The notes: generated by a model from the letters alone, not told the origin. A stretch of DNA of 37,803 nt from Octopus sinensis (GCF_006345805.1 NW_021835888.1:1-37803), one strand, 5' to 3'; numbered from the stretch's first letter, positions 22,853-35,176 are shown. Numbers and translations: made by a program.

Positions 22853-23055
22853 AACAATTGCAGCGTGGAAGGTGTTTGTAAGCCATTTAAGAAACACACA
22901 AAAATTCGTGCTGCACGGATTTTTGTCAGTGAACAGGTCGCGGTCTTAAAGCGACGAAAATATTTTGACAAATTAAACTTAAATGTTGAAGTGAATCGAA
23001 CGGCTTTTGTGTGTTTCTTAAATGGCTTACAAACACCTTCCACGCTGCAATTGTT
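22853..23055. mobile_element. Fold-back palindromic element; right arm carries a variant hammerhead
   Basis: Perfect 51-bp inverted repeat (22853-22903 / 23005-23055) with central cgtgc-t-gcacg at 22912. The right arm has 84 extra nt between ttttgt repeats (22921-22926, 23005-23010). Confidence 0.9.
22922..22972 (+). ncRNA. Minimal type I hammerhead ribozyme with G3-C8 swapped core
   Basis: uuuguca GUGAACA g gucgc ggucuuaaa gcgac GAAA auau U U ugacaaa. Stem I is 7 bp, stem II is 5 bp, and stem III is the palindrome AAUAUU. Confidence 0.75.
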
Positions 23056-23114
23056 TTCGTTCCAGCACACGATCTCAGATCAAATCCCTTGCTATGCAAG
23101 TACATATCCGTAAT

Positions 23115-23420
23115 AATAAAAGGTCTGATTCCTATCTAGCGCAGGGACCAGGAAACCCCAAAATGGCAGAAATTCAAAAGATAGTGCTCATGGGAACTGC
23201 CCATATCCGAGGTAAAATATAATGTCTACGTAATCTCAAATTTTAAAACAAACTTATCATTTTCTTATGTTTTCTTAAACATTCTTTAGAACAATGCTAT
23301 GTGCAAACCAAATATATGACACCCTAGGCATAATACCACCTTGAACTTCTAACTTGTTGTCTCTCGAAGTCTCTGGAGGAGACTTAGAGTCAACTTGTAC
23401 ACATGCAAAGCGAAAGTCAA
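23115..23420 (+). mobile_element. 3' end of an R4/Dong-type non-LTR retrotransposon
   Basis: Translates DSYLAQGPGNPKMAEIQKIVLMGTAHIRGKI*, matching the IQKxxLxGTAHILR C-terminal motif of RLE-bearing LINEs, followed by a 3' UTR. Confidence 0.75.
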
Positions 23421-23719
23421 TAGGGGGCTGCAATAAGGGTGGAGCACTTGCAGAAAACAATATTGCTTGGAACCGCTCGAATATTCTGGATGGTGCTCGC
23501 AAAATTAAGGGTTGTTACCTTAGTTCACTGGTACTGAACAGCTGACACCGTAGTCATCCCCAGCGTTAGAAGCTGTGCAAAGACAATAAATATTATAATA
23601 ATGAGTTTGTTTGTAAGTTTGTCCAAAATCACGCAATAACAAAGTCGTTGAGTAAGTAAGAGTAAAAAAAGAGACAAAATGGTAATAACAATGAGAGAGG
23701 GAGTGGTATCAAAAAGCAC

Positions 23720-23734
<15 letters not shown>

Positions 23735-23750
<16 letters not shown>

Positions 23751-23960
23751 CTTTATTGATGAACGCTGCCTTTCTCTCTCTCTTCCCTTTATTGATGAAC
23801 GCTGCCTTTCTCTCTCTCTTTCTCTCTCTCTATCTTCAGACGCGCACATACACACTCATTCTCTCACTCACTTTTTCACTCTCCCTCTCTCTATTTCTTT
23901 CTCTCTTTTTCACTCACTCTCCCTCTATTTCTCTCTCTCTCTATTTCTCTCACTCTCTCA
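23735..23960. repeat. (TC)n-rich tract with a tandem duplication of cttccctttattgatgaacgctgcctttctctctct
   Basis: Direct inspection. Confidence 0.85.
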
Positions 23961-24507
23961 CCAACAACATTTTCATTTGTATTCGATTAACACTGATTTT
24001 TTTTGCTGGTAAACATTAATAACAATGTATAAGATAAGTAAATACGATTTTTTCACCTCAAAATTATTTTTCCTGTATCTCTATGGATATTTGGCTGTTC
24101 TGGAAGATTTTTCTGCTTAAAAAGTTGCAAAGTTAATAGAATACAAGATAAGTAAATAAGTAGTAATTTTTAAGTCACAGAATTAAAATATTGGCTACTG
24201 AAAGAAAACTTGATAATATTATCTGTTTAAAGAAAGCTTGATAATATTGTCCGTTTAAAGAAAGCTAAATATAAAAGGAAGGTAAATATAAATATTTACA
24301 AATACCTACTGATACAGTGATGTTTGTAAATATTAATAAATGAAGAATTTTGCCAGGTTGGTGAAGTTTGTCTTCAAGATCTTATTCCGTTTCAGGCGGT
24401 AAAGAGAGTGAGAGAGAGAGACAGAGACAGACAGACAGACAGACAGACCGAGATAGAGAACGCGTAGACGTTGCCGGAAACAAAATAATAAGTCTCTATG
24501 TGTATGC

Positions 24508-24889
24508 TGACCAGAAGAGAATTAATGCATTCGAGCTTTGGTATTGGAGAAGACTTTTGCGGATTCCATGGACAGCGAGGCTCACCAATGGAGAAGTTCT
24601 TAAGCAGATAAGGCCGAAAATGTCGCTAGAAGTTGGGATCACCAAGCGTAGATTGGCATATTTCGGTCATATTATGCGGAGAGAATCCCTGGAGAAGGAC
24701 ATCATGCTCGGATGGTCAGTGGCAAAGAAGAAGAGGCCGACCAGAACCCCGCTGGCTTGACACCATCAGGAGTGATACCGGAATGGACATGGCCAATCTG
24801 AAGGAAGTGGCCCCGGATAGAACTGACTGGAGGACACTGATCCAACGAGTGACCGAGAGTCGACTTCGACTGAGCGGATAGAGAGCGAG
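24508..24889 (+). mobile_element. 5'-truncated RTE-clade LINE (C-terminus, frameshifted) with 9-bp TSD
   Basis: RINAFELWYWRRLLRIPWTARLTNGEVL...LAYFGHIMRRESLEKDIMLG, then RRRGRPEPRWLDTI...DRTDWR. TSD tgtgtatgc at 24499-24507 and 24890-24898. Confidence 0.92.
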
Positions 24890-24950
24890 TGTGTATGCGG
24901 TTAATGTAATCATGCGTGATTTGGGACTTTGTATGGTTTACGTATGTGGA

Positions 24951-25330
24951 AGCACTCCGTCGGTTACGACGATGAGGGTCCCAGCTGATACGATCAACGG
25001 AACAGCTTGCTCGTGAAATTAACGTGTAAGTGGCTGAGCACTCCACAGACACGTGTACCCTTAACGTAGTTCTCGGGGATATTCAGCGTGACACAGAGAG
25101 TGACAAGGCTGGTCCTTTGAAATACAGGTACAACAGAAACAGGAAGTAAGAGTGAGAGAAAGTTGTGGTGAAATAGTACAGCAGGGATCACCACCATCTC
25201 CTGCCGGAGCCTCGTGGAGCTTTAGGTGTTTTCGCTCAATAAACACTCACAACGCCCGGTCTGGGAATCGAAACCGCGATCCTATGACCGCGAGTCCGCT
25301 GCCCTAACCACTGGGCCATTGCGCCTCCAC
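24951..25330 (-). mobile_element. SINE with family C head and tail X
   Basis: 25150-25330 matches the head of 19762-20066, while 24951-25130 matches the tail of 21548-21870. Confidence 0.9.
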
Positions 25331-25367
25331 AAACATATACAAACTAACGTAGACACGCACGCACACA

Positions 25368-25399
<32 letters not shown>

Positions 25400-25503
25400 T
25401 ACACACACACACACATACACACAGGCACGCACACAAATATACTCATTTGTTTTGAAGTTTGTGTTCCGTTGTATTAAATACACTCATCCACCTGTTATGG
25501 AGA

Positions 25504-26050
25504 ATGGATCAGACAGAAGGCGACGGTTCGCCAGAGAGAGAGAATGACAAAGACAAAAGAACAGACAGTCTCACTCAGGAAGAACTGAACGCAAAAAGAT
25601 TAAACAAATACGTTAAAGTTCTTAAATCAATCACAAAGAAGTGAGACGAGAGCAAGACGCGAGAAGACGTCAAAATGAAAAGGAGCGTCTAACTGCAACA
25701 AAGAAGAGATATCCAGAGAGAATGAGAGAGAGAGGGAGAGAGAGAGAGAGAAAGAAAGAGAAAGGGAGAGAGAGAAAGAGAGAGAGAGAAAGAGAGAAAG
25801 AGAGAAAGAGAGAGAAAGGGAGAGAGAGAGAAAGAGAGAAAGAGAGTAGAACCAAAGCACCAAGTTGAAAGAGAAGAGCAAGCAGCAGTGAGGAGAGAAT
25901 ATCTAAGAATGGAACATCGCAAAGGCAACGAAGATGAAACGGAAGAGGAAGCAGCACAAAGGAGAGAAACCAAAAGAGAGAAGAATGGAAGAATTAATTA
26001 ATACTGAAACAGACCATCCAAAAGAAGGTGAACTCATTATTTGGTAGGGT
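25504..26050 (+). mobile_element. Possible decayed Helitron N-terminal (STPR-like charged repeat) region interrupted by (GA)n
   Basis: Fragments LTQEELNAKRL, EVRREQDARRRQNEKERL and DETEEEAAQRRET, plus a near-match to HYLGR at about 26035. Frameshifted and low-complexity. Confidence 0.35.
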
Positions 26051-26163
26051 TTTCGCTAGAAACGAGGTGTTGAAGCAAATACGGAGATAAAGGTCGTAAT
26101 GTTTTTACTTTCATTTTAGTTTCCGTATCATTTTCATGCCGTCATTTCTGACGGCACGGGCAC

Positions 26164-26352
<189 letters not shown>

Positions 26353-26360
26353 AATGCGCA

Positions 26361-26587
26361 CTTTTAAAACCTAGCCAGGCTCATGGGCCCGGTTTCCCGG
26401 TTTCAATGGCGTATGTGTTCCCCAGCTGGAGGGGACGCCAGTCCATCGCAGCGTTACTCATTTTTGCCAGCCGAGTGGACTGGAGCAACGTGAAATGAAG
26501 TGTTTTGCTCAAGAACACAACGCATAGCCCTGTCCAGGAATCGAAACCGCAATCTTACGATCATGATGTTGATACCCTTACCACTAA
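26361..26587 (-). mobile_element. SINE, D-type head/core with tail Y
   Basis: Minus strand: tgtgttcttgagcaaaacacttcatttcacgttgctccagtccactcggctggcaaaaatgagt, then ctgcgatggactggcgtccc...gaaaccgggaaaccggg. Confidence 0.85.
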
Positions 26588-27465
26588 CAACAACAACAGC
26601 AATGATAATAATGTTTAAGCAAACTTATATCTATGGCACTGCTAGCATATAGAAACAACGTTTATTTAGCTGGATTATGTTAGGAACAAGATATGCATTC
26701 TTGTACTATTTGTTCAAAAAGAAGTATTTTGGATTGCTTGATGGTTTGCCTTATCATCTGAGCGGAGAGAAATTTGGTCCTTAAACACATTCAAGTATCT
26801 ATATGTTTTTGGTAAACAACAGTTTGGCTTTTACTGTTTGTTTTGCAAGACAACCGCCTAAGAAGTAACAGGAAGCAGTAGCCGCCATAGTGGTAGTAGC
26901 ATTTCCCTGAAAAACTCAAGCAAACAGAAACCCACTTCATGCTGAAACATGAATATGAAATTTAAAATAATACAATCTGAAATTAAAATAAACACACGCA
27001 GAGCTTGAAAATGCGCACTAGAAAGCAATAAGTAAATAAATAAAAGTGTTGGAAATAGTAATTCAAATAGAGAAAGTTGTCCACAAGCACATTATAAACA
27101 TACAGAACAGAATCGACACCACCAGCAATAACAACTTCATTTCATGCTTCGCAAGCATATTGGATTACAAGTAGTTTGTCGATAAGAGTGAGCTCAAATA
27201 AAAGAAAACATGGACGATGCATTTCAAGGAAAGACAGTGACTTCCTTGGTAGAATCGATACAGCATCGAATTAAATACCATTAGATAAGATAGATCTTCC
27301 GATTCTTTAAATCCGGAATTGAAATCCTGGGGAGGCATTTTTCCCGAGCTGATATTAACCTTCTACCACTAATATTAATATTAACCTTTTACCTCCTTCC
27401 TTTCAAGGTAAGTATAATCTTGCTGCTCCTGCTCCTTGGATGACGTCCTTCATATTGAATTCCTG

Positions 27466-27555
27466 TTATTACTTCGTCTTAGCGAAGACGGAGGTATTAT
27501 TTTCAGTCGTATTTGTTTCTATGTCTGTGGACAAGATATCTCAAGAAAGGCTGGA
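27466..27555 (+). mobile_element. Terminal fragment of a non-autonomous Crypton/Helentron-like element
   Basis: ttattacttcgtcttagcgaagacggaggtattattttcagtcg: short terminal hairpin (cttcgtct/agacggag) typical of TTATTACCTCCGCC...GGAGG ends. Confidence 0.4.
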
Positions 27556-28537
27556 GAGTAAATCAAAGACGCTTCGTAAGTAACCCACACTCCGTATAAC
27601 CAACGCCTAACACACTTAACACACACGCACACACAAACACACACACATACAAACAAATCTTCGTACTCCATCATATGATGGCCGACCAATTTCCAAACTT
27701 CTAAAACTCATTAGAATCAAAATTACACTATTGCTTACCATCCGTAACATTTCGAAATTTCACTGAGCCGTACATAACCGGAATGAATACAGGGTCGAGC
27801 ATTTTACTATCTGTTATTTAATTTAAAACATTATATATATTTTAATTCTTCATTTTCTTAAAAAAAAACTCTATTTTGTATGAATTCTTATTCCCCCCCC
27901 CCATATCTACACGCATATATTTACAATCACCCAGCTTCATGAATGCACCTCAAGTTCAATTTATTTTAATTTTCATTCTCTACTATTTATCTATCTCGAA
28001 TAGACATACTAATAATTTTATAGATTTCATAAATTCATAATCTTTATAACAATACTTATTTCCATAGACAATTTTAAAATGCATAATTTTGACCATACAT
28101 ACATACATACATATATACTACCACCTAACTTCAAGAATGCACAATCATATAACGTCTGAGAAATTTTTGATTTCAATTTTTGATTCTCTATTCACCTCCT
28201 GCATACATAATATTCCTCATACATTTATAATTCTTGGAACAATACTTGTATCTACAGAGAGTTTCTCTTACGGATTATTTTGATAAATTTTAAAAGAAAA
28301 GTAGGTAAGAGTACATTAAGTGGGGCGCATGCTACACGCATATTTTAACGCTTCGAAATTTCGTCAAAAAATGCATAATTGAAATGAACTCCCGAGCGAT
28401 TTAAAATTTCCATCGAAATCTTTAATTTTTTTTGTAAATCAAGGCCTCCGCGGACAGGAACAATTTTTCATATATGGACTTATATATAGTATTTACTATA
28501 ATGTAACTGTATGAATATAATCACATTTTGTTTTATC

Positions 28538-28890
28538 ATTTTTAGTGTTTGAGTCATCTGACCGCGGCCTTGCTGGAGTACCCGGCTTGAAGATTTTCGC
28601 CAAAGAAATCTCTTTTGTCGAACGGCCAGGTTACGTAGACGCAAACAAACCAATACCGACTGTCAAGCGATGAGGAAGGGACAAACACAAAGCCACGCAT
28701 ACTCAAACACACACAAACATATATATATACATACACATAGACGTGCTTCTACACACTTTCCGTCCACCGAACTCACTCACAAGTTATTCGTTGGCCCGGT
28801 GATGTTCTGGAAGGCATTTTCCCAATGTGCCACGCAGTGAGACTAAACCCAAAACCACGTTGTAGAAATGCAAACCTTTTATTACAGTAA
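28538..28890 (-). mobile_element. SINE family A, diverged, with internal microsatellite
   Basis: gaccgcggccttgctggagtacc...gggacaaacaca...tttccgtccacc...actcacaa...gtgccacgcagtgagactaaaccc. Confidence 0.75.
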
Positions 28891-29289
28891 GGGACTTCGA
28901 AGGTGAACCAAAGCACATCTGAATAAAAAAAAATACCAAAAAATAACAATATACACAAAAGTACATAAATAAATGCATTCAACATTGGGTGGGTCTCTTA
29001 GACAGATTAGAATACCAAGAAAATACCACCCAGCGAGTCAAAAAGGAGTATCTACGCGCTGGAAATAGTAGCTAAATCTCCCTCGAATTATATCTGATAG
29101 GGAGGATACATTGTATAAAAGTAGGAAATACCGTTGAACAAATTTATTCATTCATTCAGAGTAAGGCTTGGATCAAACTTCAGCTAAAAAGCAAAAGCAA
29201 TATTGGTCACGCGGTCCGTATTTTGGCAAATCGGAAAACATTTCAGGAGTAATTCCAGGATTTTTTTCAAGAGTAACAATTTAATGGCG

Positions 29290-29325
<36 letters not shown>

Positions 29326-29489
29326 GTAGCAGCAGCATCCTCATTATCACCACCACCACCACTATCTCCATCATCATCATCATCAACATAAAATTACTTT
29401 GTAAGCAAAAGCAAAAGAAAAAAAAGGGAAAAAAAAAGCCAACAGCGTTTCCTTGGTTGATTTCTGTTCACATGAGAAAGTTCTTGCAT

Positions 29490-30200
29490 CTTTTATCCTT
29501 TACTTGTTTCAGTCATCAGACTGCGACCATGCTGGGGCACCGCCTTCAAGAATTTTAATCGAACTCAATGACCCCAGTACTTCTTATATCTTTGTAAAGC
29601 CTGGTACTCATTCTATCGGTATCTTTTGCGGGGGCCGCTAAGTTACAAGGATGCAAACACACCAACACCGGTTGATGGTGATTGGGGACAAACACACACA
29701 CACACACACACATGCACATATATACATATTTATACACATACCACCGTGATCACCGTGACCGACCAGGCTATCAGATGTTGCTAAACATCGCTGCTCACAA
29801 TGCGCTTCGCATTGTTTTAGCCTCCAAATGACGCCACCCCGTTGGCTAAGCGAGCAGGCCAACAGAAGAAAGAGTGAGAGAAAGTTGTGGTGAAAGAGTA
29901 CAGCAGGGATCGCCACCACCCCCTGCCGGAGCCTCGTGGGGCTTTAGGTGTTTTCGCTCAACAAACACTCATAACGCCCGTTCTGGGAATCGAAACCACG
30001 ATCCTACAACCGCGAGTCCACTGCCCTAACCACTGGGCGATTGCGCTTCCATTTATATACATATGGACGGGTTTATTTCAGTTTCCACGTGTCAAATCCA
30101 CTCAAAAGGCTTTGGTCAGCCTGAGGCCACAGTAGAAGATAGTTGCCCAAGGTGCGAGACACTGGGAAGCGAACCTTTTACCACACAGCCATACTTGCGC
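29490..30200 (-). mobile_element. SINE family A interrupted by a family C SINE
   Basis: Tail tttacttgtttcagtcat...ccatgctggggcaccgcc at 29498-29545; head gacgggtttatttcagtttcc...ccacacagcca at 30066-30191. Confidence 0.8.
29741..30050 (-). mobile_element. SINE family C (tail W) with 13-bp TSD
   Basis: Reverse complement of 19762-20066. TSD atttata(c/t)acata at 29728-29740 and 30051-30063. Confidence 0.9.
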
Positions 30201-30841
30201 TTATAAGTTGAAGAAACTACTTTGGAGCTTCTTTTCTGTAAAGGCTTCCCTTAGCTAGATAATTTTTCTAAGCTTGTCTGTTACGTTTGTATTCGTGCAG
30301 CTGTTCACGAGAAAGGATAAATTAAACCCGTTTTTTATGGTCTTTCCTCAATACTGTATAACATCATAAACAAACACAAACAATACACTTATCTATGTTA
30401 ACGTGCATAAATATTATATATAAATAAGGTTTACAAACAATGAATATAGAATAGAAACCAAAACGCCCAATGATAAATATTCCAGTTCCTTCCAGGAATC
30501 TCTGCTTAAAAATAACGAGAAAAAGGAAAGAGAGAGAGGGCTCGCTGGAAGGCTTACTGCTTTAGTAAAGGTGATAGGAAGGCTTCGCAAAAGTAGGGTT
30601 TAGATTAGAATTTTAGAAATGTCCATCACACTGCAAAAGAAATTGGATGTCTTCCAATATATTCTCCTTAAGTTAATCAGGAATATGGTATTCAGAAGGA
30701 GAACCAATAAATATTCTGCATAACTAAACTCTGATACCAAACCTATAAATTCTTTAAGAAATACGTCCGTATTTGGTGACAAAGTAAAATGAAAATCTTT
30801 ATATAAGGTAAGCAAACATAGACAACTTCTTACAATATAAC

Positions 30842-30913
30842 GCATCTATACATGTGATAGCTAGAATTATACGCAGTTTGGCGTATAATTCTAGCTATCA
30901 AATGCATAGATGC
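30842..30913. other. Near-perfect hairpin (33-bp stem, 6-nt loop)
   Basis: tgatagctagaattatacgc agtttg gcgtataattctagctatca is a perfect 20-bp stem, extended by gcatctatacat/atgcatagatgc. Confidence 0.85.
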
Positions 30914-31003
30914 ATGCAAACATGCTTGTGTTTGTTCGTAAGTGTGTGCACATGTAATATGTGTATATGTGTATGTATGTATGTATGTATGTATGTATGT
31001 ATG

Positions 31004-31069
<66 letters not shown>

Positions 31070-31071
<2 letters not shown>

Positions 31072-31222
31072 GGCACATGGCCTAGTGGTTAGAGCAGCAG
31101 ACTTGCGGTCGAGGGATCGCGGGTTCGAATCTCAGACCGGGCGATGTGTCTGTTTATGAGCGAAACACCTCAGGTCCACGCGGCTCTGGCAGAAGTTAAT
31201 GGCGAACTTCTGCTGACTCTTT
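31070..31222 (+). mobile_element. SINE family C-related head fragment
   Basis: tggcctagtggttagagcagc...gggttcgaatctcagaccgggcg...gagcgaaacacct...tccacgcggctctggcag. Confidence 0.8.
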
Positions 31223-31278
31223 CGACGTTTATATATTTGTTTTACAAGATTCTTGATGTGAAATCGCGTGTTGACACA

Positions 31279-31527
31279 GTTGTTGTTGTATTTAGGAATG
31301 GTCATTTTGCCAGTTTAGCCAATAGTAAGGAAAGACACACAAACAAGAAAGAAGAAAGCAAAAGACCACTGATGAGGTCACAGAAGTGTGACAAAAGAAC
31401 TCTGACCGAAATAAGATTAAGCTTCAGGTAAAAATAAATAAAGCTGAAGCAAATTAACGCCAAATATATAGTACGTGTGTTTTTATTGGCTAAACTGGCA
31501 ACATGACCATTCCTAAATACAACAACA

Positions 31528-31529
<2 letters not shown>
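31279..31529. mobile_element. 251-bp element with 46-bp terminal inverted repeats enclosing a hammerhead core
   Basis: 31279-31324 vs 31484-31529 with one mismatch; right end abuts (CA)n. Confidence 0.85.
31364..31429 (+). ncRNA. Degenerate type I hammerhead fold
   Basis: gacca CUGAUGA gguca [22 nt] ugacc GAAA uaagauuaagcu U C aggu. Core and stem II are perfect; stems I and III are imperfect. Confidence 0.5.
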
Positions 31530-31566
<37 letters not shown>

Positions 31567-31584
31567 CGCACACACATACATACG

Positions 31585-32662
31585 TACGATGGTCGGTTGA
31601 AATATTCATAGGCTGATCAAGATACTCTCATGGAATGTTACCAAATGCGGTTTAGTTTTCAACATAGCCCCACTTGGGGCCCGTGCACTTCTTCCATTGG
31701 TGCTGCAGTGTTCGAATCCAATTGGTGAAGAAGATTTCATCCTGTTGGTAAAAAATACAATAGTAGATATGACGACATCGTCGTTGCGACACTGGTTCCC
31801 AGCCAAGGGTTCTTCATGTTGGAGAACAAATGACAGTCAGATGGGGCCAAATCAGAAGGAAACGAAAGATGATCAACCAGTTCAATGCCACACTCACGCA
31901 CAACAGCCATTAAAGCAGGGACTTTTGTGCTGGAGCATTGTCCTGATGAAACAAGACCCCATTCGTCAGTTTTCTTGGGCGTCTGGTCTTGACAGCCTTT
32001 CATAACTACCTCAATAAGTAGGCATCACACTCTTTATCGGTGATGTGGCCCTTTTAAAGATAATCAATAACCACAAAAATCTGAGCTATCGCCTTTCCTG
32101 CAAATGAAACAACCTTGGCCTTGTTTGGAGCAGGTGAGGAAAGGTGTTTCCATTGCATGGATCGTCTCGTTGTCTCTGGTTCAAAGTGATGAAGCCAACA
32201 CTCATCCTGGATTAGGAAACGTTCAAGGAAACAAGCTGGATCTGCTTCAAACAATGCCAGATTTCCCTGTGATGTGAGCATCTTGATGCACTTCTGATTA
32301 GATGACAGGAAACGTAGCATTCGTTGAGAAGCAACCTTCGTTATGCCAAGTTCATTATGCAGAATATTCTCAACTCTCTCATGGGATATGCTAATAGCAC
32401 TGGGGCTATTTGATTTATAGTTAATCGCTTGTCATCCATCACGATCAATGTTTTCCTCGGTGCTAGTAGTTGCAGGACGTTCAGACCTTGTGTTATCTTC
32501 AAGACTCTCCCTTCTCTTCTTAAATTCAGCAACCCACTTTTTCACCGTTGGTAAAGCTTGAGCGTCATCCCCTTATGTACCAATCATATCTGCATGAATG
32601 TCGATGGAGACTAAACCCTTTTTCTTCTGGTACTTGATAACAACACGATGCCAAATTTTGTC
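31585..32662 (-). mobile_element. Heavily decayed mariner (irritans-like) transposon with 3' TIR
   Basis: Pieces DKIWHRVVIKY...KKWVAEFKR, FLIQDECWLHHFEPET...SMQWKH, ELVDHLSFPSDLAPSDCHLFSNMK and a terminal GYVEN*. TIR-like tacgatggtcggttgaaatattcatagg at 31585. Confidence 0.9.
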
Positions 32663-33702
32663 GAGTAACTTGGAGTCTATGAAAAGAAAGTTTTATATTA
32701 CTCAAACCGTATGCAACAAGGGCTAACTATAAGTCGAAAACCAAACATGGTCGTTTAGTATAAACTAACGAAAATTCTTTAGACCAAAAAAAGGGAAATA
32801 AAATCCTCAGAAGGAGGATATGTCTGTCTACTAATTGCATGGATAATCTCATTTATTTGAAACTTTTTCAGATTCCAACATTACTGCTTCTGTTTAGTAT
32901 GCAGAACACACCAGTTCGATATTTCTTTCAGCCATCTTGGTAAGATTTTATTGGTTTCTTCTTGTCACTGCTGTTGTTGTTGTTTTTGATGATTGTGGTG
33001 ATGTTTTTGTTACTGTTGTTGTCGCGCGACATAATATTTGTTTTCTCCTTTCCAGTCTAGAAGTCAATTATTGAAGATTGTTCGACTAAATATTGATATT
33101 TGCCTCAATATTACACCTCAATATTACTTTCTCTTTCGTAATATAGAGTGAAAGCGAGCTGGTAAATAGTTTGATATTCACCGAGATATTTGCCCGGTAA
33201 TATTTCAATATTTACCAAGTCAAATGAATTACAAATGTATGTAATCTTTCCATATGAACAGTAATTGCATTAATTAAGAAAATAACAAAAACACACACAC
33301 GTACACGCATACACACGTACGCGCAAAAATTCTTACAGTCGGCAAGGGAGATATATACCTATTGTTTACCAAAATGATAAGTATAATCTAACAATGGAAT
33401 CCGATTGAAATGGAAGCCTGAACACTTAAGACATGGAAGACATCTGCAAAAAGTAGGACCATATATGAAGTAGATAAGGGACTGTCACAGAAGCACAACT
33501 TTCGGTAATATTGAATTTCTTGGTTTTATGAATCAAAAGTTTTGTCATGCGTTTGCGTTATCTGTCTTTGTGTGTAGAAATATTTCTGGTTAACAAGTTC
33601 GTTTTGTAATCACGAGGTCACACGGTTGATGCTATATTATGACACGTTAAGCAAGTATCTTTTACCATTCTGTCACTGCCTTGTGACGACCTTGTGACGA
33701 CC

Positions 33703-33843
33703 GAGTTCAAAGGTCGCCGAGGTCGACATTAACTTTCAACCTTTCGGGGGTCGATAAAATAAATTACCATTGTATACTGAGGGGTCGATGTAATCGACTA
33801 GACTTCTTTCCTTCAAATTTCAGCCCTGTGCCTCTAGCAGAAA
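33703..33843 (+). mobile_element. SINE family B fragment
   Basis: gagttcaaa...gccgaggtcgac...ctttcgggggtcgataaaataa...ggggtcgatgtaatcgact. Confidence 0.8.
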
Positions 33844-33871
33844 GCTTTACTATTACTGGTGTTACAATCGT

Positions 33872-34220
33872 CTTGTTAGGGTAAAGGTGAAGACTTCCTT
33901 CAGTCATGAATGACCATGGGACTGCACTGAGAAAGTTACCCTCCGAGGCACAAGTCCGGGCAAGGCTGTTTGTGAAAGACCAGCAGTCGCCCATGGATAT
34001 CAACCCCTCCTCTCCACGCCATTGATGTTATTCAAGGGAAAGGCAAAGACTGATACATATTGACTCCAGTAACATCACAACTCATTTCTACAGCTGAGTG
34101 AACTGGAGCAACGCGAAATAAAGTCTTGCTCAGGAACACAACACACAGCCCGGTCCGGGAATCAAACTCACTACCTCATGATTGTGAGCTCGACGCTCTA
34201 ATTATTGAGCCATGTGCCTT
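33872..34220 (-). mobile_element. SINE, D-type head/core with tail Z
   Basis: Minus-strand head and tgtgttcctgagcaagactttatttcgcgttgctccagttcactcagctgtagaaatgag, followed by a tail unrelated to X or Y. Confidence 0.8.
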
Positions 34221-34648
34221 CACCACTGTTGTTGTTATTTTTACTGTTTAGTCAGGGATTGAGACACACACCAATCACGATCATTTTGCTTTCAACTGAT
34301 GAGAAACAATTAACCTCAAGTCAGAAAACTGGTTCGAATACATGTTTCACGATGAAGTCCGCTACATTCACCCAAGGATCAGGTGCTGCCGTTAAATCAG
34401 ACAGCAGATTAGGCCTCCAAATCTTGCACTCAGAATGCAAAGAGCCGCAATAAATAGTACGAGGTACGTCGTTCGACACTCTAAGCCGTCCATCAGTTTA
34501 CGGCCTCGGACTACAGGATTAAAGACAAAGTGGACGCAGCGGGATGTGAACTCACAACCCCCTGAATATGTTCTTTAGTCCTGCGTTCTAACGATTAGCC
34601 TGTTATGGATGTTGTTGCTGTTGCGATTGCCGTTGTTGTAATTGCTTT

Positions 34649-34747
34649 GGGTTCAGTTCCGCTGTACGTCACACTGGGCAAGTGTGCTCTACTATAGCGC
34701 GCTGGACAGACCAATGCCTTGGAAGTGAACTTAGTAGACGGAAACTG
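34649..34747 (+). mobile_element. SINE family A fragment
   Basis: gggttcagttccgctg...tgggcaagtgtgctctactatagc...gtagacggaaactg. Confidence 0.75.
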
Positions 34748-35129
34748 GGTAGAAGTGGTTGAGCAGCTGCTTAGTCGTAATGGTGTAAAAGCTGTGTCAG
34801 GCAACTTCTACCTGGTCAAAACCAATGCTGGGTGTCAGTCAGCAAGTCGTTCTCTTCCAGGAACACAATTAGTTTCCTGTAGACAATTCAGTCCATGACT
34901 ATACTCATGTGTGAGGTCAGAGAGATAGGCCTATAATTTTCAACATCGCTCTGCTTCCTCCTTCGGGGATAGGACATGTTATTTCCTCCTTCAATTTACC
35001 CGAGAGCTTACCACTTGCTAGGGAAGTTCTGAAAAAGAAGCTGCAGTGGTTTTACAAGGGCCCGTTTGCATGATTTGAGAAGGATTGCTGTGAATCTATC
35101 ATATGTCTGTATATATACATGTGTGTGTG

Positions 35130-35176
<47 letters not shown>

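Noticed and set aside
28316-28490. Possible DNA transposon end beginning ttaagtggggcgcatgcta
   Set aside because: No partner TIR or TSD found in the window.
31072-31143. tRNA gene candidates (also 19765-19835 and 25255-25327)
   Set aside because: A and B boxes are present, but there is no acceptor stem and each continues into SINE body sequence.
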